Shown piece by piece: positions 39,878 to 48,642 of a DNA stretch of 64,000 nt. Positions within the stretch are counted from its first letter, which is position 1. Each line of letters begins with the position of its first letter. The stretch lies in NCBI GenBank assembly GCA_041662625.1, contig JBAZSB010000001.1, positions 681,385 to 745,384 on the forward strand, read 5' to 3'. The notes beneath the pieces are model-generated. The model saw only the letters and a list, made by a program, of their open reading frames with translations, was not told where the DNA came from and did no database searches. Origin of the DNA: Patescibacteria group bacterium. Lineage in GTDB: Bacteria > Patescibacteriota > Patescibacteriia > Buchananbacterales > UBA6539. The position numbers and the translations under genes were made by a program.

Positions 39878-40055
39878 GGTGCGCACCCGCCTCTGGCGGG
39901 CAATGGATAGAATGTGGGCTTCCGGAGTCCCGACTGCGTCGGGATTCGATTCCTACTGGGAGCGATGGCGATGGCAAGTAGGAAAGCAGGTTCTCCGCCA
40001 CATTATCAAATTACAAAAAGGCGGATCCGCCTCTGGCGGAAAGTCCTGCTGGGCG
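39878..40055 (+). pseudogene. degenerate tRNA-Arg(CCG)-like fragments carrying GC hairpin inserts
   Basis: 39883-39970 mirrors tRNA-Arg(CCG) (CAATGGATAGAATGT, GGGCTTCCGGAGTCCC, ...CCTACTGGGAGCGA) with a CCGCC-TCT-GGCGG hairpin in the D region. 39971-40055 has a T-arm-like GCAGGTTC / TCCTGC split by the 47-nt element 39994-40040, then TGGGCGCG. Confidence 0.6.
39994..40040. repeat. 46-47 nt GC-rich hairpin element copy 1 (TCCGCC-N20-GGCGGATCCGCC-N3-GGCGGA) inserted in a T-loop
   Basis: About 90% identical to copy at 49211-49256; both inserted between ..GGTTC and the 3' half of a tRNA T-loop. Confidence 0.7.
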
Positions 40056-40142
40056 CGAATAATAACTTTTAACATTTGACAATTAACTATTAGCAGTAAA
40101 GCTTAAAGTTAAAAGTCAAATGTTAACTGCTAATTGTTATAT

Positions 40143-40178
40143 GGTGGCCATGGTGAAATGGTTATCACTAGAGTTTGC
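40143..40178 (+). repeat. partial duplicate of tRNA-His 5' half
   Basis: GTGGCCATGGTGAAATGGTTATCACTAGAGTTTG identical to 40252-40286, then diverges. Confidence 0.7.
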
Positions 40179-40250
40179 CTGCCCGACGGCCAAACTAAAA
40201 ATTCGTAAAAATAATTTAATACAAAAATTCCTAATTCTAGGGCGCAAAAG

Positions 40251-40323
40251 GGTGGCCATGGTGAAATGGTTATCACTAGAGTTTGTGGCACTCTCGTTAC
40301 GGGTTCGATTCCCGTTGGCCACC
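40251..40323 (+). tRNA. tRNA-His (anticodon GTG) with G-1
   Basis: G-1 + GTGGCCA acceptor, D arm GTGA-AATGGTTA-TCAC, anticodon loop TTGTGGC, T arm ACGGG-TTCGATT-CCCGT, 3' TGGCCAC + discriminator C. Confidence 0.8.
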
Positions 40324-41925
40324 CCTTTGCGCCTTATTTGGGGCTAAAACCCCGATTGACGCACCACCTAAGGGGTAATTTACAGGTTCTAACCACCTAC
40401 TGTATCGAAGTATTTGAGATAAGCCGTTTTCAACTATTGAGAACGGTTTATTTAGTTCTATAGTGAGTTTTTTGTCTTTCAGGGTAAGGTTCGAGCCTAT
40501 AGTGGTTAGGATGGCCTTTTTAGTCTCTAAGTCGCCATGCTCAAAGGCATAGGTGGCATTACAGGCAAAATCAAAGGTCTTTTTAACCAGCTCGCGCCAG
40601 TTGTCGGCCCGGTGTTCGGTCCCACGCATTGCTTCCCTGATTTTATTCAGCTGACCGGTTAATTCGGTCTTCTTTTGTTTATATTGTTCGTCATCGATCT
40701 GATCTTTTATCTTCATGTTTAACAAGTTATCTAACTGCCTTTCAAGGCTTTCACAGGTCCGCTGTTGATTATCATAAATCTTCTGCCGGTCTTCAGTTTC
40801 TTGGTCATTCATTTTATCAAGATATTCAAGCGCTATATCTTTAAAAGTTTCTGGTATTTTAATTTTTATCAGCTGGTTAACTATCTGCAATTCTAAATCT
40901 CTGACTTCCACGGTTTTTTGGGAACAGGTGGGTAACTTTCTTTTAATGCAACGATAATAAGTATAATGATGAACATGGCCATTGCCTTTGTTGGTTTTAA
41001 ATTTTTCTTCTGCGGTAATCATTGATCCGCACTCACCGCACCTGATCATACCAGTAAAAGCAAACACATGCTTCTGGGGCCGGGCTTTTCCTTTACGGCC
41101 CAAAAGTTCCTGAACCCTCCAGTATTCCTCTTCGATTATCATTTTCTCATGTTTGCCATCATACCAGTTGCCGCTACCCACTGGATATTCAAACTTACCA
41201 TAATAAAAAGGGTCATTAAAAATTCTGTATATTGAGCTTTCACTCATTGGCTTACCGCCCATTCTTCTTTTTACAGGCGTCCTATAACCCCACTCATTAT
41301 TGAGCTTGTTTAATATCTCGGATACAGGATGTAAACCAGTCAACATTAACTCAAACGCTTTTCTAATTAAAGGAAACCTTTCTGGATCCGTTAAAACTTT
41401 TTTTTCTCCTTTTAACCCAAGTTTATCTCCCATATAGCCCGGCTTAACAACACAAGGATTCCAACCCTGATTAACCTTTGCCATCAGGCCTCTTCTGGTA
41501 TTTGTTTTTAAGTCTAAAATAAACTGGTTAGCCATACCAAATTCAACATTCATAAGCATAACATTGTCTTCGGGATAATAATCACGTTCTGGCGTCCTTA
41601 TATGCTTAATAATGCCATTCTGTAAGAGATGTGATGTTTTACCACTATCCTCGGCATTTCTAGACAAACGATCCAGCTTCCAGCAAAGTATTCCCTGCGC
41701 CTCGCCACTTTTTATCCGATCCAACATCTCATTAAATACCTCTCGGCCCGTATCTTTAGCTGATTTTGACTCAGTAAATATTTTTACTATTTTAAGACTA
41801 AATTTGTTTGCTACTTCTTTCAGAGAATCAATTTGTGAGGGAATAGATAAAACCTGCCGGTCTTCTGATTCGGTTGACTTCCGGGCATAGATAAAATATT
41901 TAATTTTGTCCGAGTTGTCCTTCAT
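40297..41925 (-). CDS. large serine recombinase (resolvase/invertase N-domain + recombinase domain + zinc ribbon)
   Basis: 542 aa; N-terminal ...FIYARKSTESEDRQVLSIPSQIDSL... catalytic-Ser region, central recombinase domain, ...CGECGSMITAEEKFKTNKGNGHVHHYTYYRC... zinc ribbon; last 9 codons (GQRESNP) are encoded by the complement of the tRNA-His T-arm/acceptor. Confidence 0.8.
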   Translation of the reverse strand: MKDNSDKIKYFIYARKSTESEDRQVLSIPSQIDSLKEVANKFSLKIVKIFTESKSAKDTGREVFNEMLDRIKSGEAQGILCWKLDRLSRNAEDSGKTSHLLQNGIIKHIRTPERDYYPEDNVMLMNVEFGMANQFILDLKTNTRRGLMAKVNQGWNPCVVKPGYMGDKLGLKGEKKVLTDPERFPLIRKAFELMLTGLHPVSEILNKLNNEWGYRTPVKRRMGGKPMSESSIYRIFNDPFYYGKFEYPVGSGNWYDGKHEKMIIEEEYWRVQELLGRKGKARPQKHVFAFTGMIRCGECGSMITAEEKFKTNKGNGHVHHYTYYRCIKRKLPTCSQKTVEVRDLELQIVNQLIKIKIPETFKDIALEYLDKMNDQETEDRQKIYDNQQRTCESLERQLDNLLNMKIKDQIDDEQYKQKKTELTGQLNKIREAMRGTEHRADNWRELVKKTFDFACNATYAFEHGDLETKKAILTTIGSNLTLKDKKLTIELNKPFSIVENGLSQILRYSRWLEPVNYPLGGASIGVLAPNKAQRGGQRESNP

Positions 41926-42334
41926 ATTTTTTGTTTACTTTAATCGCACCAAACATTAAAAGGATAAGGGTTAAATAAACCAGAAACGGCACAAGCATTG
42001 TTAAAAAATTTATTACTCCAAATTCCTTTAGAACTGTTAGATTAAAAGAATCTAAAGTGGTTAAATAAAAGTCCAAGCCGGCAGTGGCTAAAAATACGAG
42101 AATAAAAAGCCAGCTGAAAGCTCTAAAAATTCTACCTAAAATAATTTTGTTGGTCTTGCTAGTGAAATAAAACAAGGTTAATGGCATGAACACCAGAAAT
42201 ATAAAATAAGAATAATACCAAAGCAAAAAATAAAGATGGCCGAAATTGTAATCGTCTTTAGTAAAACCAAAAATCCAACAAACTGCTATGACTAATAAGA
42301 TTGATAGACCTTGTAAGTGTAATTTTTCAGACAT
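41900..42334 (-). CDS. hypothetical small polytopic membrane protein (island cargo)
   Basis: 144 aa; 4 predicted TM; AT-rich codon usage. Confidence 0.4.
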   Translation of the reverse strand: MSEKLHLQGLSILLVIAVCWIFGFTKDDYNFGHLYFLLWYYSYFIFLVFMPLTLFYFTSKTNKIILGRIFRAFSWLFILVFLATAGLDFYLTTLDSFNLTVLKEFGVINFLTMLVPFLVYLTLILLMFGAIKVNKKYEGQLGQN

Positions 42335-42351
42335 ACTTTTAGGATTATTAA

Positions 42352-42882
42352 TTATAGATCACCGGTTAAAAAATGTAGTATAAAGTATGACAAAATTATT
42401 CCGGCGGGTATTATAAAATAAATAGCTGATTCAATGATTCTTTTGATTGACCGCCTTCTACCATCACTCATCTTTGTTGATTTTTCATCTACTTTCATAT
42501 CTGCATAAATAAGCCCACCAAACAAAAAACTAAAAATAGCAGTGCCAATACCAATTCTAATAAAAAGACCCTTGGTTTCTGTCCCTACCGGACTGTAAAT
42601 AGGATCACCCCATTCTATACATTCCCTATCAGGACCATTACCCCCGGACATAATACATGGTATTTCTTTAAGATACTTTCCGTCTGGTGTTATATTGCCA
42701 AGTATATTGAGTGCAAAAAAGACGAAGAATAAAGTAGCCCAAATAATTAACCAATACCCTATGGTATATTTCGGCACTTCTTTTGATGATGAGGCGCGAG
42801 GTAATTTCATATTTTTATTTTGGTGAGCCACTATAAAGCCCCCACCAGTTTTAAGGACCGAAGTCCTTCCATGCGCAAACAC
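42352..42882 (-). CDS. hypothetical membrane protein (island cargo)
   Basis: 176 aa; true start probably the internal MKLPRASSS; 12-bp perfect inverted repeat CATGCGCAAACA/TGTTTGCGCATG overlaps the annotated start. Confidence 0.4.
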   Translation of the reverse strand: MFAHGRTSVLKTGGGFIVAHQNKNMKLPRASSSKEVPKYTIGYWLIIWATLFFVFFALNILGNITPDGKYLKEIPCIMSGGNGPDRECIEWGDPIYSPVGTETKGLFIRIGIGTAIFSFLFGGLIYADMKVDEKSTKMSDGRRRSIKRIIESAIYFIIPAGIILSYFILHFLTGDL

Positions 42883-43062
42883 GGCCTGATGAGGGCATCA
42901 TAAATGTTTGCGCATGGTATTGAGTTATGCTTTAATTTTAGCTCTGCTTAGGGGGTTTGTAAAGATCAAAAGTTAATTTTTATATACAGAATTGGGGTAG
43001 TGCCAGTATCTAAAATCATTTTTTGAAAAATCTAGGAGTCACTCTTACATATAAAAATTTAT

Positions 43063-43674
43063 TTAACATCCTCCCTCCCTAGCTATTGTCTTAAAATTGC
43101 CATCAATTATATCGTCCTTTCTGAGATTACCGGAACGAGCGGCTAAAGCCAGCAGACTTAAAGCGGTTCTGTTTGAATTGCCATCCAGCTCTTTTATTTT
43201 TAAAGTTATTAGCTCATGTCTGTCTTTTGCTTCCATGCTTTTGAAAAGCCACGTCATTGCCTGATTAGTTGAAATCTCATCCGGCTTGGCCAATGCTTCG
43301 GCTAATTTTAATTCGCCTAGCTCTAAAGATTTTTTATAGATCGCTTGCCTTACTACTTCTTCATCTATGGCTTTATCGTCAGCCAACTGTAAAATCTTTC
43401 TTACCTTAAGTCGCTGATCTGCGTCGTATTTGCGAAAAAATCGGTAGCACGTCATATAACCCGCCTTACCCTTGAGTCGCGGTTCAATCTGAGCAAAATA
43501 TTGCTGGTGCATTTGCTGAAGCGAAAGCTTGCCTTTTTGTTCCTCGTAAACCTCAACTAGCTTCTCCATAAAAGGAGATGAGGCAATAATTGATTGAGAG
43601 TTTATAAGCTTCATGGTTGTAAATTCAGTGTTAAATAGGTGTAATTGATCTTGGGCCGCGTAATTCTTAAACAA
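43063..43674 (-). CDS. hypothetical protein (moderately GC-rich, island cargo)
   Basis: 203 aa helical protein; no motif recognised. Confidence 0.35.
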   Translation of the reverse strand: MFKNYAAQDQLHLFNTEFTTMKLINSQSIIASSPFMEKLVEVYEEQKGKLSLQQMHQQYFAQIEPRLKGKAGYMTCYRFFRKYDADQRLKVRKILQLADDKAIDEEVVRQAIYKKSLELGELKLAEALAKPDEISTNQAMTWLFKSMEAKDRHELITLKIKELDGNSNRTALSLLALAARSGNLRKDDIIDGNFKTIAREGGC

Positions 43675-43801
43675 GCTTGTTTCTGACTTACTTTAGGGCT
43701 TACCAAGATGATTCAGGCGAAACTAATGGAGTAAAATGAGTTGACTAATGCCGGTCCGGGATGACTCCTGCTCTTATTTCTGATTATATGGATCAAAACT
43801 T

Positions 43802-43972
43802 CTTAGGATGATAAAAATCCAAATATTTATTAAGTATGTCATCGGCAATGTGAGACTCCGGTTTTTTAAATTTAAAAGCCACTCTTCTTAGCTTCTCTTT
43901 GGTTGCAAGCGTAATTCTAACGTGCTGGGTATGTAAATTTGCGGAGTTAATTTTCTTAGTCATATTAAGTAA
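43802..43972 (-). CDS. possible ribbon-helix-helix (CopG/Arc-like) small DNA-binding protein
   Basis: Not in ORF track (56 aa): MTKKINSANLHTQHVRITLATKEKLRRVAFKFKKPESHIADDILNKYLDFYHPK; the HVRITLATKEKLRRVA beta-strand/helix pattern is typical of RHH regulators. Confidence 0.3.
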
Positions 43973-44208
43973 CTTGTTACCTTGTAGCCATCAGCGACTT
44001 CTATGGGCCAATAACACTCAAATGCTTTTTAAGGAATATTATCATCGTTTAAAGAATAGATTGTAAAATTTTGGCGATGGCCGATCCCAAATTTTACAGG
44101 GTTGATACTGGGCAAATTGGCCACCCGGTCGAGAAGTCGCTACTCGTTGCCGGGATTTAATCTGCCCACTATCTTGCGTCGAGTTTTGTCTGAGCATCAC
44201 GCAAAAGC

Positions 44209-44397
44209 TCAGCTATTCTCATTGTTAAAATTTTGTTTTGGTATTGGTCTATAAATAACCCTAAACAGGTTAACTAAATTATTTGCCATTTCTAAAGCCT
44301 CCTGCTCAGTAATTTCCTGATCAAATTCCTGCTTATAAGCAGTTTGGAATTTTCGGATCATTGTTTGTTTATCCTGCGGAGACATAAAAACGGCCAT
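44209..44397 (-). CDS. small hypothetical protein
   Basis: 62 aa, helical, no family. Confidence 0.25.
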   Translation of the reverse strand: MAVFMSPQDKQTMIRKFQTAYKQEFDQEITEQEALEMANNLVNLFRVIYRPIPKQNFNNENS

Positions 44398-44714
44398 TTA
44401 CTGTTTTGGCCGTTTGCTATTTGTTTAATTTAAATCCCCGGCGGAAGACAAAGAAAATAGCACAAACGCTGCCAATTGACAGTTAATGCACTTCTCTTTG
44501 ACTTCAGACCGGGGTGTGTCTAACTCATTAGTCCATCCCGTATTGCCTCCCTATACCTTTTCAGCTAGGGCCAGAATATGGGGGTGGTGGATTCTTGCTA
44601 GGGGTGTCCCGCGTAAACCCGAAAAGTAATATTTATTTTTGAATTAACTAAAATTATTGTAGCACCACATAATTGGCTGTCAATAGATTTTTTCGCAATT
44701 TTAGAGTGGCAAAG

Positions 44715-44808
44715 GATTGACAAATACAGACTGTGGAATGTTCACTTCGTTGCTAATTAAAGGGGAAATTCAGGGGTGCAATGGGTTGACAAATAACCTG
44801 TGGATAAG
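44715..44808 (+). promoter_or_regulatory. tandem direct repeats G(G/A)TTGACAAATA-N-CTGTGGA(A/T) upstream of the 519-aa island gene (promoter/operator candidates)
   Basis: Two copies about 68 bp apart (44715-44740; 44783-44808), each with a TTGACA hexamer; additional ATTGACAGTTAA at 44476 and 46398. Confidence 0.4.
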
Positions 44809-44849
44809 CTTGATTTAAACCTAGATTAAAACTATGCTTAAAAAGGAAT

Positions 44850-46409
44850 ATGCAAAATCAAGATGTATTCGAATTATACAAACCATTAAGAAATCATCTA
44901 AGACAAATTGATCTTTATGGATCTTTTTATACTATTTGGAATTATAGCCAACATCTATTATCCAACAAAAAATTCCCCAACGATGTCTTAGTTGCACCAG
45001 AATTTCTATCTTTAGATCAAATAGGAAAAATGAGGATGGTCTCTCTTTGGGAATTAGAAACATTATGTAAGGAAATAATAATAAACTCTCAAGAAGTGGA
45101 GGGGAAAAAAACATTAAAAAATTGGGAGTATTTCGCTAATGCAATAAATAAATTAAAAAAATTAGAAAATGATATTAGCGGAAAATTTGTAGATAAAAAT
45201 AATATATTATTGGAGATGCACAGAATTGCCCATAGACAATTTCCATGGCAGGCTGAAAAACCAGCGGCTATATCAATGACAAGATATTATAAAATTTTTA
45301 ATTATGAACCAATAAGTGAAATTATTAAAAAGGTGACTAATCTGTCTACCCAAGAATTATATATAATCGCAACGGCCTTATTTGGTCTCTACGAAAATAA
45401 ATTCACATTATTTTATCCCACCAAAATAGAAATAAAAGGAATATCAATAAAAAATTTTGACTACTTTTTAAACCATTTTTGCTGCGATATAAAAACACTT
45501 AAGGAAAAATTACTAAAAGAGCAAGAAATCAATGAAAAATTTGCTTACGCTTTCGGATCCTTAAGAGCCTATCCGATAATAAAAATGGCCATTCCTTCTG
45601 GTAAAGATGGCTTAGTGTGTCCACTACCAACATTACTGTTTTGGCGATTAACTAATGGCATCTATTATGAAATTTTTCGACAAAAGGATTTCGATAACTA
45701 TTTTGGTTTTTCTTTCCAGACATATGTTGGAGAGGTTATTAAAAAAGCTACCTATAATAAAAAGATAAAATACTATGCTGAAGAACAATATAGGATCGGA
45801 AAGGAACTAAAAGATACGATCGATTGGATAGTTGCAGATGAAGAAGGAACTTTGTTTATTGAGTGTAAAACAAAACGAATGACTTTCGGCGCCAAAACTG
45901 AGATAAATTCCATGGATGAACTGGAAAAAGAGCTAGATAAAGCGGCTGAATTTATATTACAAGTTTACAAAGCAATTAAAGATTGTTTGGACAATAAGTA
46001 TCCATCGTATAAACACAGATCTAATAAGAATATATTTCCCTTAATCGTTACATTGGAAGATTGGTATCTATTTGGTGATCTCACCTTAGAAAAATTAAAT
46101 GAAAAAATCAAAATTATGCTAAGTAATCACAAGATACCGACATCATGGTTAGATGATTACCCATATTCGATATGCTCCGTGTCAGAATTTGAAAAAATCA
46201 CACAAGTAATCCAACTTATAGATATTAAGGAATTTATGAGTAAAAAAGTTTTTGATCAAGACTGTAAAAAATGGAACTTTAGTCCATTTATCGGCAGTAA
46301 ATTCTCAGAAATAAACAACAAAATAAAATTCTTATTTCCCGAAGATTTTGATAGAATTTTCCCTCGACATTTGAGAGGAGATCAAAAAATTACACAAATT
46401 GACAGTTAA
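44850..46409 (+). CDS. hypothetical protein with PD-(D/E)xK nuclease-like motif (island cargo)
   Basis: 519 aa, AT-rich; ...DTIDWIVADEEGTLFIECKTKRMTF... fits hhhD-x(9)-ExK of restriction-endonuclease-fold nucleases; rest unassigned. Confidence 0.35.
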   Translation: MQNQDVFELYKPLRNHLRQIDLYGSFYTIWNYSQHLLSNKKFPNDVLVAPEFLSLDQIGKMRMVSLWELETLCKEIIINSQEVEGKKTLKNWEYFANAINKLKKLENDISGKFVDKNNILLEMHRIAHRQFPWQAEKPAAISMTRYYKIFNYEPISEIIKKVTNLSTQELYIIATALFGLYENKFTLFYPTKIEIKGISIKNFDYFLNHFCCDIKTLKEKLLKEQEINEKFAYAFGSLRAYPIIKMAIPSGKDGLVCPLPTLLFWRLTNGIYYEIFRQKDFDNYFGFSFQTYVGEVIKKATYNKKIKYYAEEQYRIGKELKDTIDWIVADEEGTLFIECKTKRMTFGAKTEINSMDELEKELDKAAEFILQVYKAIKDCLDNKYPSYKHRSNKNIFPLIVTLEDWYLFGDLTLEKLNEKIKIMLSNHKIPTSWLDDYPYSICSVSEFEKITQVIQLIDIKEFMSKKVFDQDCKKWNFSPFIGSKFSEINNKIKFLFPEDFDRIFPRHLRGDQKITQIDS

Positions 46410-46435
46410 CTGTAAAAGGTAGAATATAAAATTGT

Positions 46436-46891
46436 ATGAAAAAACTAATCAACATAGCGCTTTTTCTTTTATTATTTTGGCCGTTAGCCAGCTTGGCTCA
46501 TCCCGGCCGAACTGATGCTTATGGCTGTCATACCTGCCGGACAAATTGTCCATCATGGGGTTTAGATTATGATGAATACCACTGTCATAATACAAAGGCT
46601 TTACCACAACCAGAAGAACCAATCAAAAGCACTTACGGAGCTGGCGGCACAGGTTATACAGATCCAGCACCAGAATACAAAAAACCAGCACCTATTGAAA
46701 ACAATATCAATCCTAATGTAAATATCAATTCAGAAACTAATAGTAATAAAAACAATTTCCTCAATCAAAAAGTATTAGGAACAGAATATAATGAACCATC
46801 CTCCAAAGAAGATGATAATAATTGGCTTGGCTGGATTATTGGCCTAGGTGCTGCTGGCGCTGGAGGGTATTGGCTGACGAAAAAAAAATAA
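46436..46891 (+). CDS. YHYH-domain protein with signal peptide and C-terminal Gly-rich membrane anchor
   Basis: 151 aa; ...HPGRTDAYGCHTCRTNCPSWGLDYDEYHCH... matches the YHYH motif family; C-terminal GLGAAGAGGYWLTKKK. Confidence 0.55.
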   Translation: MKKLINIALFLLLFWPLASLAHPGRTDAYGCHTCRTNCPSWGLDYDEYHCHNTKALPQPEEPIKSTYGAGGTGYTDPAPEYKKPAPIENNINPNVNINSETNSNKNNFLNQKVLGTEYNEPSSKEDDNNWLGWIIGLGAAGAGGYWLTKKK

Positions 46892-46892
46892 T

Positions 46893-47873
46893 ATGTCTAA
46901 GATAAAAAAAGAAATTTACAATCTAGAATTTCCTCCTTACGTTAGCCAGCTAGAGATTGGGGGGTATATTTTTAAACGAATTGATAATTATAATCAGTTA
47001 ATAACCGAGTTACAACACTTTGTTAATATTTCCGGCTCTGAAAACCCGATTCAACCTAACACTGGGAAACATATGATTACTGCGACCGTATCTATACCTG
47101 AGAACGAAATAAAATGTTGTCTTCCTTGGACAGATCCAAATAGCACTCAAATTCTAGATGTATTATTTCTTTTAACAATATTTACTGGAAGAAGTGTTTT
47201 TGTTAAAGAATGGGAAGGCGATGCCCCAATTATCGCTGATCATCGCATACATCAATGGGGAGGCCAACTGCAGTGTTCCATTAAATATGAAGGTATGTGG
47301 AGGCACAAAGATACCGGAGAGATAAAGACGGAGCAAGAAATGGAAAAAAGTAAAATACCAATTTTTGATTATGATCATATAGATATTGGATTTGAAAAAA
47401 GTTTAAACAAAATACTAACGCTCATCTCAAATCCAGAATGGCAAGAAAAATATTCCGGTGGCTACTTCCTTTTTTTATTTAGAGACGCCACATTTAGACA
47501 AATACTAGAAAAATCGTTCCTAACTTGTTGGACAATATGGGAACAGATATTTTCCATTGAAAATTCCAAATGGCTGCCAGATGAAGAAATTTTTAGATTG
47601 GGGGGCGATAGAAAAATTGCCTATATTTTGAATAAATATTTTAATAAAAAAATAGATAAACGAGCATTGGCAAATATCAAACAACTTGCTAAATCAAGAA
47701 ATCGACTAGTGCATTTCGGCAAAAAGACTAATGACGTAACAAACGAGGAAAAAGAAATGTTTATTAGACTAACTGAACAGCTTATTGCATTGATATTAGG
47801 ATTAGAACCATCCAATATATTTAATTCTCTGGAAAAATTAAATAGTTTTCTAAATAAACAGCCGCATTGCTAA
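46893..47873 (+). CDS. hypothetical protein with C-terminal HEPN-like domain (canonical R-N-x-x-x-H motif)
   Basis: 326 aa; start 2 nt after the YHYH gene stop (coupled); ...ANIKQLAKSRNRLVHFGKK... gives RNxxxH in a helical C-terminal about 100 aa. Confidence 0.4.
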   Translation: MSKIKKEIYNLEFPPYVSQLEIGGYIFKRIDNYNQLITELQHFVNISGSENPIQPNTGKHMITATVSIPENEIKCCLPWTDPNSTQILDVLFLLTIFTGRSVFVKEWEGDAPIIADHRIHQWGGQLQCSIKYEGMWRHKDTGEIKTEQEMEKSKIPIFDYDHIDIGFEKSLNKILTLISNPEWQEKYSGGYFLFLFRDATFRQILEKSFLTCWTIWEQIFSIENSKWLPDEEIFRLGGDRKIAYILNKYFNKKIDKRALANIKQLAKSRNRLVHFGKKTNDVTNEEKEMFIRLTEQLIALILGLEPSNIFNSLEKLNSFLNKQPHC

Positions 47874-47973
47874 TATTAGTAGTTAATCTAAATAATATCT
47901 GGTTTTAGTATCAAATTTATTTAGCTAAAAAAATAAATATAAAATTAAAATATTAAAATAGACATGCAAAATT

Positions 47974-48627
47974 ATGTCCATGGGTATTGTTCTAATATTT
48001 CCTGGCGGTGTATTCTTGGCAGCCGATGGTCGCCAAAGTAATCCTATTAGGGGCAACAAACTAATTAGTGATAGCGTATCTAAAATAGAAAAAATTGATT
48101 CTAAACTTTTTATAATCCATTTAGGTATCTCTCAAGCCTCTAGTGTATCAGCTAAAGATTTCGCCAAAAGATATAAACTAAACGATGACCCGGAAAAACT
48201 AAAAACAAAACTTGAGACAAGCGTATCGATTGGTCTTCATAGTATAATACCTAGACTAAGCCCAGATATAGATATCCATAATCCAGCTATTAAAAGTATT
48301 CTTCTTCTGGGTGGGATCGCCCAACAAACCTCGTTTATTGCCGGAGCGCTTTACGGTATTGATAACAAATCGACAATCTGCGAAACTAGCTGCTACAAAA
48401 ATATTGTTCTAGGCGGAGAAGAATTGAACGCGAATACTTTTTTCAACAAAAAGTGTGAAGAATTGATTCATGGCCAAATATCAACTGATGAATTAGTGCA
48501 AAAACTAATAAATGCATCACGGGACACCATAAGAATGGCGGAAAAAAAAGATAAAAGGATTGGTGGAAAAATTAGCTATGCTGTAGCACAAATAAATGGT
48601 CCCACGATATTTAATACAATAAAATAA
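47974..48627 (+). CDS. hypothetical protein with proteasome-beta/HslV-like (Ntn-hydrolase) N-terminal pattern
   Basis: 217 aa; MSMGIVLIFPGGVFLAADGRQSNPIRGNKLISDSVSKIEKIDSKLFIIHLG parallels TTIVG..GVV.AAD.R.T.G..V.D...KI..I....CC.AG of proteasome beta subunits, but lacks the N-terminal Thr. Confidence 0.3.
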   Translation: MSMGIVLIFPGGVFLAADGRQSNPIRGNKLISDSVSKIEKIDSKLFIIHLGISQASSVSAKDFAKRYKLNDDPEKLKTKLETSVSIGLHSIIPRLSPDIDIHNPAIKSILLLGGIAQQTSFIAGALYGIDNKSTICETSCYKNIVLGGEELNANTFFNKKCEELIHGQISTDELVQKLINASRDTIRMAEKKDKRIGGKISYAVAQINGPTIFNTIK

Positions 48628-48642
48628 TAACGTGACTCTGCT

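Noticed and set aside
40120-40463. ORFs 40120..40347(+), 40137..40322(-), 40266..40463(+) over the tRNA-His region
   Set aside because: They translate tRNA and duplicated tRNA sequence; the region is explained by tRNA-His plus its partial duplicate.
42900-42930. Hammerhead ribozyme suggested by CUGAUGA in the spacer of the 12-bp inverted repeat
   Set aside because: No GAAA or stem II/III arrangement; only the heptamer matches.
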